Source: Promethearchaeota archaeon
GTDB lineage: Archaea; Asgardarchaeota; Lokiarchaeia; Sigyniarchaeales; SOKP01
DNA: 30,802 nucleotides
Assembly: GCA_048941265.1 (NCBI GenBank)
Contig: JBHLNT010000027.1
Span: forward strand, 5,793 to 36,594
Reading direction: 5' to 3'
Shown: piece by piece, positions 1 to 8,783 of the stretch
Position numbering within the stretch: the stretch's first letter is position 1
Layout: the number at the start of each line of letters is the position of its first letter
Translations under genes and position numbers: made by a program
Notes under the pieces: model-generated
Seen by the model: the letters and a program-made list of their open reading frames with translations, nothing else
Databases searched by the model: none
Told to the model about the DNA's origin: nothing

Positions 1-1
1 A

Positions 2-526
2 AATGTTGCTCTATTTATAGGGAGATTTCAGCCCTTACACCATGGGCACATTTATGTAATATACCGGATTTTAGAATCACATAAAAAACTGAAAATTGGA
101 ATTGGGAGTTCCCAATTATCAGAAACAAAGAACGATCCGTTCACAAGCGCAGAAAGAATCGAATTCATTAAAACTGCTTTTGAAAAAAGAAATATTTCTA
201 AAAATAAGTATGAAATTTATGAAATTCCTGATATTTTTAATGCTCAAAAATGGGTTGATCATGTGGTTTCAATTGTAGGAGATTTTGATGTAATTTATTC
301 TAATAGTGATTGGGTACGCCAATTATTTCGAAATAAGGGCTATATGGTTGGAAAAAAATTAGGAATATTCAAAAAAAAATATAACGCGAGTAATATAAGA
401 AAACTAATCAGTAGAAAAAATAAAAATTGGACAAGTTTAGTTCCTAAAGAAGTTGCTAATTTGATGAAAGAATTTAATGGGATTGAAAGAATTCAATCTT
501 TCTATGAAATAAGTGAAGAAGCATGA
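2..526 (+). CDS. nadM: Nicotinamide-nucleotide adenylyltransferase (archaeal NMNAT), 5'-truncated by the window edge
   Basis: Frame 2 is open from base 2: NVALFIGRFQPLHHGH (GRFQP-HxGH motif), GIGSSQ, NDPFTSAERI, then the 263..526 ORF with NASNIR. Stop overlaps the next start (ATGA 523-526). Confidence 0.93.
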   Translation, partial: NVALFIGRFQPLHHGHIYVIYRILESHKKLKIGIGSSQLSETKNDPFTSAERIEFIKTAFEKRNISKNKYEIYEIPDIFNAQKWVDHVVSIVGDFDVIYSNSDWVRQLFRNKGYMVGKKLGIFKKKYNASNIRKLISRKNKNWTSLVPKEVANLMKEFNGIERIQSFYEISEEA

Positions 527-1590
527 ATGAACCCACATTTTTAGAAATAGATGGTGCTTATGGAGAGGGAGGTGGGGCTATATTACGATTATCTGCGGGA
601 TTTTCCATTTTATTCAATGTACCAATTAAAATTAAAAATATACGCGCTAGTCGTCCCAAGCCGGGATTAAGATTACAGCATTTATTAGGGCTTAAGACTT
701 TATCTGAATTAACAGATAGTAATCTAAGTAATTGTGAAGTTGGCACAACGGAATTGTCTCTTATTCCTAAAAAGAAATATAAGAATAAAATCAATCTAAA
801 TATCAGTACAGCGGCCAGTACAGGATTATTATTACAACCTATACAAATCGCAAGCTTAGGTTTGAAAATTACGGATCATATTGAAATATTTCTCAATGGT
901 GGTGGGACTTTTGGAAAATGGGCACCAAGTTTGAATTATCTGCAAAAAGTAACCTATCCTCTTTTTGCTAAAGCAGGGCTTATGATTGATATAAATATTC
1001 AAAAACACGGATGGTATCCTAAAGGTGGAGCTCGAGTTAATTGTGTAATAAAACCTCGAAAAATGACATTGGAGCCTGTGAATTTAACCGAGTTAGGAAA
1101 TTTGGATCTTATTCAGGGTGAAATCATCATTACAAACCAATTAAGGCGAACTAAAGACAATATCGCTGAAAGTGTGAGAAAAGCTCTAATTCGAACACTT
1201 AAAAGAAATTTAAAAATTGATACGGATATTCAATATAGTTGGGTTGATTCAATTAGCCCTGGTATAGGGCTTTCTTTGTGGTCTGAATCGGATACAGGGG
1301 CAATTATTTCTACAGGAACTATACTGGGGGAAAAACGATTATCTTCAGAAAAATTAGGAACTATGGCAGCAAATGAAATTCTAAAATATATTCAAAATGA
1401 CATTCCTGTGGACAATTACCTTAGTGATCAATTAATCCCGCTAATGGCTTATATCGGAGCACCCTCTAGTATAAAAGTATTAGAAATTACTAGCCACACA
1501 AGAACTAATTTAGATTTAATTACGTTATTTACAAACCGAGAAAATAGAATTATAAAAGAAAGGAAGGGTTTTATTATAGAATATTTATAA
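523..1590 (+). CDS. rtcA: RNA 3'-terminal phosphate cyclase
   Basis: EIDGAYGEGGGAILR, IRASRPKPGLRLQHL, GWYPKGG, YLSDQL and TSHTRTN (catalytic His retained, which favours RtcA over Rcl1). Confidence 0.93.
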   Translation: MNEPTFLEIDGAYGEGGGAILRLSAGFSILFNVPIKIKNIRASRPKPGLRLQHLLGLKTLSELTDSNLSNCEVGTTELSLIPKKKYKNKINLNISTAASTGLLLQPIQIASLGLKITDHIEIFLNGGGTFGKWAPSLNYLQKVTYPLFAKAGLMIDINIQKHGWYPKGGARVNCVIKPRKMTLEPVNLTELGNLDLIQGEIIITNQLRRTKDNIAESVRKALIRTLKRNLKIDTDIQYSWVDSISPGIGLSLWSESDTGAIISTGTILGEKRLSSEKLGTMAANEILKYIQNDIPVDNYLSDQLIPLMAYIGAPSSIKVLEITSHTRTNLDLITLFTNRENRIIKERKGFIIEYL

Positions 1591-1707
1591 ATTCATTTTT
1601 CATTATTAATATTTTGAAAAATGAAAACTAATCCCAATTTTTAAATAAATTCTGTATTATGTTATTATTACTAAAAAACTAAAACGTGTTTTAAAATTTA
1701 AATAGGA

Positions 1708-2661
1708 TTGATAAAATTGGCCGAAAGCTTTATTAAATGTCCTAGATGTGGTAATGAAAATAGATCTGAATCATTTTCTTGTTCTTTCTGTGGAAAGAGA
1801 TTAAGAATCGAAAAAATTGAAAGTATGCAATATTTTGAAAAAATATTTCAAAGAATTGAGAGTGAATGGGTCAGTCCTAATCCTTGGTATATAAATATTT
1901 TATATCTTTTTATAGATCCATCACGAGCATTCTGGGATATTAATCATAAAAGATCTCGAGCTCCCGGCTATTATATTCTCTTTTTTAATTCCATCCTATG
2001 GGGCCTCATGGGATTGGCTTTCTTATCACATTTTAGATTTGTATCCATTGAAGGCGAACCGATAAATCCTTATTCTGCTTCATTGTTTCCCTATAGTGCG
2101 GTCATGTTTTTAACATTCTTTATATTTGGTTTTTTATTTCAAGCAGTTTTTTATGTTATATTAATCTGGTTATTTACATTCGCTGCTAATTATGCCGTTG
2201 GATTTTCAGAGAGATTAGAGGACCGATTTGGTAAAGAAAAAAAAGAAAAATATAAAGAATCAGAAATGAGTCCATTTAGCATTTATAGAAGTGGCACTCT
2301 ATTACAAAAACAAGCAGCGTATAAATATAAAATGCTCATGTGTGCTTTCGCGCCATTTTTGTTGATTAACACCATAAAAATTCTGATAATATTGATCGCA
2401 TTTCCCACGGTAGATGTTGATATCTCTGGATCTGAATTTGATGACTCAATATTTAATGCTATGTTCAGTTCACCTGTATGGGCTGTGTTAGATGTGATCG
2501 ATGCTATTACAATTGCAGTATGGGTCCCTATTTTGATGACTATTGGTATTAGAGAGCTCAGCAACTCTTCTACTACTCGAGTATTAATATCGTCCTTGAG
2601 TATAGGTATAGCTGTTGCAATAGTGTTCTACTTCTTACGACCCACTTTATTTGGAATATAA
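1708..2661 (+). CDS. Zinc-ribbon plus Yip1-like multi-pass membrane protein
   Basis: N-terminal CPRCG...CSFCG ribbon; LFIDPSRAFWDI resembles the Yip1 amphipathic start; about 5 hydrophobic segments; ends in IGIRELSNSSTTRVL. TTG start is uncertain. Confidence 0.7.
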   Translation: MIKLAESFIKCPRCGNENRSESFSCSFCGKRLRIEKIESMQYFEKIFQRIESEWVSPNPWYINILYLFIDPSRAFWDINHKRSRAPGYYILFFNSILWGLMGLAFLSHFRFVSIEGEPINPYSASLFPYSAVMFLTFFIFGFLFQAVFYVILIWLFTFAANYAVGFSERLEDRFGKEKKEKYKESEMSPFSIYRSGTLLQKQAAYKYKMLMCAFAPFLLINTIKILIILIAFPTVDVDISGSEFDDSIFNAMFSSPVWAVLDVIDAITIAVWVPILMTIGIRELSNSSTTRVLISSLSIGIAVAIVFYFLRPTLFGI

Positions 2662-2730
2662 ACTTAGCTTTGTCATGTTAATATTCCAATATTATGTTAT
2701 TATTTTAATTTCATAAATAAAATTATATTA

Positions 2731-3372
2731 ATGGACAATAATAAGAACCTTTCTGATATAGAATCTGAATTGTTCGCCTTGGTTAATTCAATCAATAACT
2801 TATATCAAAAATATCAAGAAGGTATCATAAATGAGAGTTTCTTTAGAAAAGCCATAAAAAATGCAATGAAAGGGCTTTTGAAAATCAAATTGTATTTTAA
2901 TGAAAAAAATATCTCTCTTTCTGAAGTTCTAATTTATATGAACTTTATAGAGCAATATAACAGGGCATTTAAAATATTTAAAGAGATCTATTTTTTAAAT
3001 TCTCCAGAAGAATTTATTGAGATGGGAAATAAAAATAGACTACATTTTGATACCAATTTAAGGAACTCAATTTTGGAATTACCTGGAATTACTTCAGAAA
3101 TAACTGCTTCTTTTATTACTCTAATGGATGCATTAAAATTGGAAGGCCTTACAAGGAGAGATTTAATTTTAAAACTTTTCAAAGAATTAAAAAAAAATCT
3201 AAGGAGATTTCCTGGTTTAGAGACAATCCAATTAGAAATTAGTGAAATTTATGATTGTATCATTAATAATCCGCAGAATCTTGTCAAAAATAAAAGATTT
3301 AGGAATATTATTGGAGACAAATTATATCAAATCTTTAAAGAATTTCAACAAAAATTAAATTTAAATCCATAA
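2731..3372 (+). CDS. Vps28-like protein (ESCRT-I subunit homolog)
   Basis: ITSEITASFITLMDALKL matches the Vps28 C-terminal domain signature (FITxMDxLKL). ESELFALVNSINNL..Y..G.I resembles the Vps28 N-terminal helix. 213 aa is a similar size. Confidence 0.8.
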   Translation: MDNNKNLSDIESELFALVNSINNLYQKYQEGIINESFFRKAIKNAMKGLLKIKLYFNEKNISLSEVLIYMNFIEQYNRAFKIFKEIYFLNSPEEFIEMGNKNRLHFDTNLRNSILELPGITSEITASFITLMDALKLEGLTRRDLILKLFKELKKNLRRFPGLETIQLEISEIYDCIINNPQNLVKNKRFRNIIGDKLYQIFKEFQQKLNLNP

Positions 3373-3473
3373 TTAAAATGATAAAATTAATATTTTGTTC
3401 ATGCTTTTAAAAAATATTAATTTAGCAAACAATTCTATAATAATCAAGTTTATCTAAAAGAGGCTAAAATGTT

Positions 3474-3743
3474 ATGCCGCGACCAGGTTTAAGATCTCAT
3501 TCTCAGGCACGAAAAAATCTTAAAACTCCGGGTAATATAACTACCACCCATTATACGAGAAGAAAACCAAAAAAAAGTCATTGTGCTATATGTAAAAGGC
3601 CCATATCATCAATCCCAAGACTTCGACCCGCTAAAATAAGAAATACTAATATAACTACCCGTAGACCTAACAGATTAGAAAGTGGACGATACTGCGCTAC
3701 TTGCCTCAAAAATTTAATAAGAGAATCGATTTGGAATAAATGA
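3474..3743 (+). CDS. rpl34e: 50S ribosomal protein eL34
   Basis: MPRP, KTPG, CAIC...RPNR...G.YCATC zinc motif; followed by cmk and eL14. Confidence 0.93.
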   Translation: MPRPGLRSHSQARKNLKTPGNITTTHYTRRKPKKSHCAICKRPISSIPRLRPAKIRNTNITTRRPNRLESGRYCATCLKNLIRESIWNK

Positions 3744-3854
3744 TTTTTTGAAAACGTAATATCCTAACTGTTTTTTGAATTTTACTAGATTTTTATACGT
3801 CTTAATTTAATATTTATAATCATAAATATAATTAATAAAGAATTAATTTAACCT

Positions 3855-4403
3855 ATGATTTTAAGCATTTCTGGTCTCCACGGTACCGGCAAATCCACTA
3901 TAGCTAACTTAATTGCTGAAGCTTTAGGGATTAAATATTATTCAACTGGTCAAGCATTTCGAGATCTCGCAATCGATATGAACATGAATTTAGAAGAATT
4001 CACCAAATATGTTGAAGACCATCCCGAAATTGATATCAGACTTGATAACAAAGTGATAAATGTTGCTAAAGAAGGAAATATAATGGTTGATAGTCAATTG
4101 AGCGGATATCTCCTTAAAGATATTTCGGATCTTCGAATACATCTTACATGCCCATTAGAAACCCGTGTAAAACGAATAGCTTTAAGAGATAACATAACAT
4201 TTGAAGAAAGTATGAAAGAAACAACTTTAAGGGAAAAATCTGAATTAGAACGATTTAAGCAATTGTATAACATTGATTTAAGTAATAGAGCGAAAATTAA
4301 AGAAATTCACGATGTTATTCTTAATACTGAAGGACTTACTGTTGAACAAGTCTTCAATAGCCTCCTTCAAATCATCAAGAATAAAAAATTGAAAAAAAGC
4401 TGA
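3855..4403 (+). CDS. cmk: Cytidylate kinase (archaeal type)
   Basis: ISGLHGTGKST P-loop, STGQAFR, HPEID, RE.SE..RF..LY.ID; usual position between eL34 and eL14. Confidence 0.93.
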   Translation: MILSISGLHGTGKSTIANLIAEALGIKYYSTGQAFRDLAIDMNMNLEEFTKYVEDHPEIDIRLDNKVINVAKEGNIMVDSQLSGYLLKDISDLRIHLTCPLETRVKRIALRDNITFEESMKETTLREKSELERFKQLYNIDLSNRAKIKEIHDVILNTEGLTVEQVFNSLLQIIKNKKLKKS

Positions 4404-4531
4404 TCTATGAAAATCATAAAAATTTTATTTTTAGTTTTATTTCTTTAATCAAAATATTTCATTTATCTTTACTGGAGACTTAAAAATATCCAGCAAGGAT
4501 AAATTTACTAAAAGTAATTTGGTGACAAATT

Positions 4532-4804
4532 ATGAGTATTTATGACATAGGAAGGATATGTATAAAAACGATGGGACGCGAAGCAGGAAACTACTGCATT
4601 ATAGTTGATGTCATTGATAAAAATTATATACTTGTTGATGGATTAACCATTAAAAGGAGAAGAGTTAACTATAAACATATCGAACCAACAACAAGTGTCA
4701 TTGAAATTCAAAAAGGTGCTGATCATAATGCGGTTGAAGCAGCTATTAAAAAAGCTAAAAAATCAAAATTAATGAATCAAACTGTTTCAATCCCTTTAAA
4801 ATGA
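4532..4804 (+). CDS. rpl14e: 50S ribosomal protein eL14
   Basis: DIGRICIKTMGREAG..CIIVDVIDKNYILVDG..KRRRVN.KHIEPT; GGTGA SD-like site upstream. Confidence 0.95.
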   Translation: MSIYDIGRICIKTMGREAGNYCIIVDVIDKNYILVDGLTIKRRRVNYKHIEPTTSVIEIQKGADHNAVEAAIKKAKKSKLMNQTVSIPLK

Positions 4805-4857
4805 TTTAATAGAATATTTTCAATTATTTCACTAAATTTTTATTTTTTTATTTAAAA

Positions 4858-4989
4858 GCAACGGTAGCCTAGCCTGGTACGGCGCCAGCTTGGAGTGGAA
4901 ATTTCTCCCAGAAAGCTGGTGTGCTTCGCACTCGGGGGTTCGAAGTATCTCTCCAATATTCTTGGAGTACGAAATTCCCTCCCGTTGCG
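4858..4989 (+). tRNA. tRNA-Ser(GGA) with two BHB introns: 4896-4913 (position 37/38) and 4945-4975 (position 59/60)
   Basis: Acceptor stem GCAACGG/CCGTTGC with G discriminator; D-arm GCCT..TGGTA..GGC; anticodon stem CCAGC/GCTGG with TT-GGA; long variable arm GTGC-TTC-GCAC; T-arm GGGGG-TTCGAA|T-CCCTC once introns are removed. Confidence 0.93.
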
Positions 4990-5070
4990 CTTCTAATTTC
5001 TATAATTTTATTTCCAAAAACAAGTCTCCCCAAAGAATAAAGAGAAAAAAAAAATCTGGTTTTAATTTAG

Positions 5071-5190
5071 TTAATACATCTTCATGGATTTTGGACTAAT
5101 TAATTCCTCAATGTGGTAATACAAGATTTCACTTCCATAAAAATTGCCGTTATCCATATTCCCTAATATTAATTGAAAAACCTTATTCAT
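5071..5190 (-). CDS. Candidate 39-aa small protein MNKVFQLILGNMDNGNFYGSEILYYHIEELISPKSMKMY
   Basis: ATG..TAA ORF in a gap, below the 60-aa ORF-track cutoff, followed on its own strand by a T10 tract (5045-5054). No family recognised. Confidence 0.4.
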   Translation of the reverse strand: MNKVFQLILGNMDNGNFYGSEILYYHIEELISPKSMKMY

Positions 5191-5373
5191 TTGGTTTTTC
5201 TTAATTTTCTTCTTACAATTATTACACCTTACCATCTCAATATAACCAGATACTTTAATTAAAGGAGTAATAATATTTTTTAAAATACCTTTTAAAACCT
5301 CACTGAGATTTTTACAATCCTATTATTCAATTTAAGAATTATTATTAAGTAAGGAAAAAATATTAAAAATTTC

Positions 5374-5835
5374 TTAGAGACATTTGTTTAGGATATTACA
5401 AAGATCTCTTTCAAGAGTTGAAAATCTTTTTGGACGCTCTACAATACGACCAATTAGTTCATTTTCTTTGAATATAAAGAACGTGGGAATAGCATTTAAA
5501 TCAAATTTAGGATCTACTGCTTCTGGTGGAGAATGTTTTTTATCCCATAATATCTCACCTTCCTTTCTAAATACATTGACTTTTATCCCATATAACATAG
5601 TGATATCAATGTACTCAGCCCCTAACTCCTTTACTATTTTAATCATATGTGGTACTTGTTCTGCACAATCATGACACCATTGCGCCCCCATTGCCAAGAT
5701 TTTCACTTTTATATGCTTTTTTGAGATAAAATCTTTAATATGTTTGAGATGCTTCGTCTTTGGTTTATATTTCTCGTAATTTTTAACAATTTCAGCCTTA
5801 TCTTTAAAAATCTTTAAGTAATCATCAATAAACAT
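5374..5835 (-). CDS. Thioredoxin-family protein (WCHDC)
   Basis: KILAMGAQWCHDC..QVP, cis-Pro motif AIPTF, IGRIVERP. ATG 5835 preferred over the track's upstream start at 5952. Confidence 0.85.
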   Translation of the reverse strand: MFIDDYLKIFKDKAEIVKNYEKYKPKTKHLKHIKDFISKKHIKVKILAMGAQWCHDCAEQVPHMIKIVKELGAEYIDITMLYGIKVNVFRKEGEILWDKKHSPPEAVDPKFDLNAIPTFFIFKENELIGRIVERPKRFSTLERDLCNILNKCL

Positions 5836-6008
5836 CGTCTCTGATTTAATATCTGCCCACGTTAAAGCTATTTGAGTCCACCTTCTTAAAAAAGATTCTC
5901 TTAAATAAGTCTGTTGATTGAAAAAAATTTGAAAATAAAAATCTATTATCAATATAATTGATTATTGTGAAAATGGATTAAATAATTGTATTTACTCATC
6001 TCTATAAA

Positions 6009-6638
6009 TCAAATATCAGGAAATTGCGCTGCTGCAGTCTGCTGTCCTGTAAACATTTGCTCCATCCCACCAGAGGCTTGAGATTGTAATCCTAATATTC
6101 TTTGAAGTAAAGTATTAGTACCTAATGAACATAAAAAATACCATGCCGTAAAATTAATCCAAGCTGCGTTATTTATCCATAAACTTTCATCTGCCATCCC
6201 CATACCAATGGGCCATTGCAGTAATCCATAAACTAAAGGATTCATTGGTGTAGCTGCAACGGGGCTATTTCCATAAATATTTCTAAGAACCCAAAAGATA
6301 ATAATCATAGGTAAAAAGAAAAGTAAAGTAGGTTTCATCCTATCCATTGCCATACCTTGCTGCGTTTTCTTCAGCATAATATCCCTTCGCTCCCATTTTT
6401 TACGAGCTTTATGATATCTATCTACATCTACTTTCGCGATTTCTATGATTTTCTTTTTCTCTTCATTATGAGCTTTTATCTGTTTTTGCTTTCTCTCCAT
6501 TTCTTTGGTATCAATTAATAATTTTGTAAGTACAACACTGATAATAGAAATTATTAAAGATAATAGCAAAATAAACCACATTGAACCTGGAGGAGAATTC
6601 ATCCAACCCGAATCTTGCAAGACCATTAACAAACTCAT
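6009..6638 (-). CDS. EMC3/TMCO1 (DUF106, Oxa1-superfamily) membrane insertase component
   Basis: TM1, then a coiled coil, then MKP..F.P.IIIF; C-terminal WYFLCS motif; lies downstream of secY. Confidence 0.9.
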   Translation of the reverse strand: MSLLMVLQDSGWMNSPPGSMWFILLLSLIISIISVVLTKLLIDTKEMERKQKQIKAHNEEKKKIIEIAKVDVDRYHKARKKWERRDIMLKKTQQGMAMDRMKPTLLFFLPMIIIFWVLRNIYGNSPVAATPMNPLVYGLLQWPIGMGMADESLWINNAAWINFTAWYFLCSLGTNTLLQRILGLQSQASGGMEQMFTGQQTAAAQFPDI

Positions 6639-7042
6639 TCTGTAAACCTTTATCTATTTAAGATTTTTAACAACTATATGTGTTATTATATTAAATTTTG
6701 CTTAATAAATTTTTTACGCTTTTTTAAAAGTATTGACTTTATTAAACCTATTAAATAAATTTCAAAGTGTTTACAATTGAAAATTATTTTAAAATTATTT
6801 TTGTTGGTAAAATGTATGTTCAAAAAAGATAATTTTGATTATCTTTTTGATTTTTCGCAAGAAAAATATATTTTTTCGCTAATAAAAAGAAAATTAAGAA
6901 AAAATCTTAATAAAATAGATTTTTGATGATCCTTCTCATATCAATTTTGATAAATTCCATAAATGCAGAATTTATAGAATTTAAAAAAGTGATCTTATCA
7001 TTAATTCTTCAGTACGTATAAAAAGCTCATCTATTCATCCAG

Positions 7043-8509
7043 CTAGTCTAATCCAAGAAAGCCTCTCATTGAAGGATACTGTTCTGCGGCCACTTCTTTC
7101 GAAATCGTTTCAGCATACTGATGAGTAATTCCTATTGAAATAAGAAGTCCGGTGCCTGAAGTCAATGCGCCCAAACTGTCGGCTGTGAAACTTAAAATTG
7201 CAATTATTATTCCATTAAGAATAGTAAGGGTGGGTATATATCTTTTTAATATACCTTCAATAATCTTTGAAGAACTTCTAAAACCAGGCACTTGCATTCC
7301 TGAATCTATAATTTGATTTGCTATATCTCTAGGCGCTAGACCTGAGACCTCGACCCATATCCTTCCCAGATATATACAGAGTACAATCAATATAAAAAGA
7401 TATATAACCGCTCGCAACGGATCATCCATAAGGGCTTCTATACCTTGAGGCGGCGAGAGGACGTAAATCAAACCTGATTTTGGGACAAGATAACCTCCAG
7501 TGCTTCCTGTACTTTGATATTCAAATGTTCCAATTAAATCCAGCCAAAAGTCATATCCTTGACCTCGCAGTCGGGATTGTGGGCCAGCTAAGATCTGACC
7601 AAAAAATAGGATGTTGGCATATAGTGCATTTACTAAAATAACTGGTATATTAGAAACATACATCAATTTCATTGGATATTTACCTTTAAAACCTCTATAA
7701 CCCTTATATTGTAACGGTATCTCCACACGTGTCGCTTCAAACCATACGGCTAATGAAAAAATAATAAATGTAGTAATTAATCCTAATATGCTTGGTAATT
7801 GTCCCCGAACCCAGAGATCATCTAAATTTGTTTCAGGATCATCATCCAATAGTACATAAAAAATGGCAATAATAATACCTCTTGGCAAGCGAGCCTCATC
7901 AGGAGCTTCAATAAAACTAAACGTGTTCCAAAAAATTTGACCTGCTACACCTGCAGCTATAAACAGAGAAACTCCACTACCAAGCCCCCATCCTTTCTGT
8001 AGTAGCTCATCGAGTAAAACTATTACAACCCCGGCAAACATTAGTTGGAGAAAAACGAGAACCATATTTTCTAATCCTAACGTCTCAGGAGGTCCAAACG
8101 CTCCTCCTAATAAGTAAGCAATCGCGTTAAAACCCGTTAGAAATATTGATACGACCTTTTGCGTTCCACTGAACAGTGCCCTGTCATAGGGATCACTCAT
8201 ATCAACATCTATCATTTTCGAACCAAGGAGCAACTGCATTATTAATCCAGCAGTTACTATTGGTCCTATTCCTAATTCCGTTAGAGTTCCTCTCTGACTT
8301 GCCAGAATGACTCTTAGCCAATAGAAATAATCAGTTGAATTTTGAAGATTAACACCGTATAAGGGGATATTGGACATAATCAAATAAATTACGAGAACAA
8401 TGGCAGTCCAGACGAATTTTTCTTTAAATGAAACTTCTCTCTGCGGATTTTTTATTTCCGGCATAACTCTGACGAATGGAGAGAAGAATTTAAGGAAATT
8501 ACTAGGCAT
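7043..8509 (-). CDS. secY: Preprotein translocase SecY/Sec61alpha
   Basis: SFKEKFVWT, IPLYG, LASQRGTLTELGIGPIVTAGLIMQLL, LDELLQKGWGLGSGVSLFIA, YVSNIPVIL, SGTGLLI. Confidence 0.98.
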   Translation of the reverse strand: MPSNFLKFFSPFVRVMPEIKNPQREVSFKEKFVWTAIVLVIYLIMSNIPLYGVNLQNSTDYFYWLRVILASQRGTLTELGIGPIVTAGLIMQLLLGSKMIDVDMSDPYDRALFSGTQKVVSIFLTGFNAIAYLLGGAFGPPETLGLENMVLVFLQLMFAGVVIVLLDELLQKGWGLGSGVSLFIAAGVAGQIFWNTFSFIEAPDEARLPRGIIIAIFYVLLDDDPETNLDDLWVRGQLPSILGLITTFIIFSLAVWFEATRVEIPLQYKGYRGFKGKYPMKLMYVSNIPVILVNALYANILFFGQILAGPQSRLRGQGYDFWLDLIGTFEYQSTGSTGGYLVPKSGLIYVLSPPQGIEALMDDPLRAVIYLFILIVLCIYLGRIWVEVSGLAPRDIANQIIDSGMQVPGFRSSSKIIEGILKRYIPTLTILNGIIIAILSFTADSLGALTSGTGLLISIGITHQYAETISKEVAAEQYPSMRGFLGLD

Positions 8510-8783
8510 TTAAACCATTTAATTGATTGTTAAATATTTCAAATATATATTAAGAATTTAGATTATAAAAAAAAGATTATGATTTTTAAAATGTGCTAAA
8601 TAAGATAATAAAAAACTAAAATGAAATATTAAATGAAAACTTATTTTAGTTTTTTTAACCACCTCTCTCTTTTTATACGATTGATGTTTCACCATTAATT
8701 TTGAATAAATTATAAAAGTTAGAGTATTTAATATTAAAATCGATACATATTTGATTCAACAATGTGATGAAGAGGTCTTAAAA

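Noticed and set aside
96-278. 60-aa ORF, and 263..526 as a separate gene
   Set aside because: The first is an off-frame shadow; the second is the C-terminal part of NMNAT, open from the window start.
4890-5099. 69-aa ORF
   Set aside because: Overlaps the tRNA-Ser gene; spurious.
6639-7042. adk remnant between secY and DUF106
   Set aside because: No P-loop-like translation seen; the region is AT-rich non-coding DNA.
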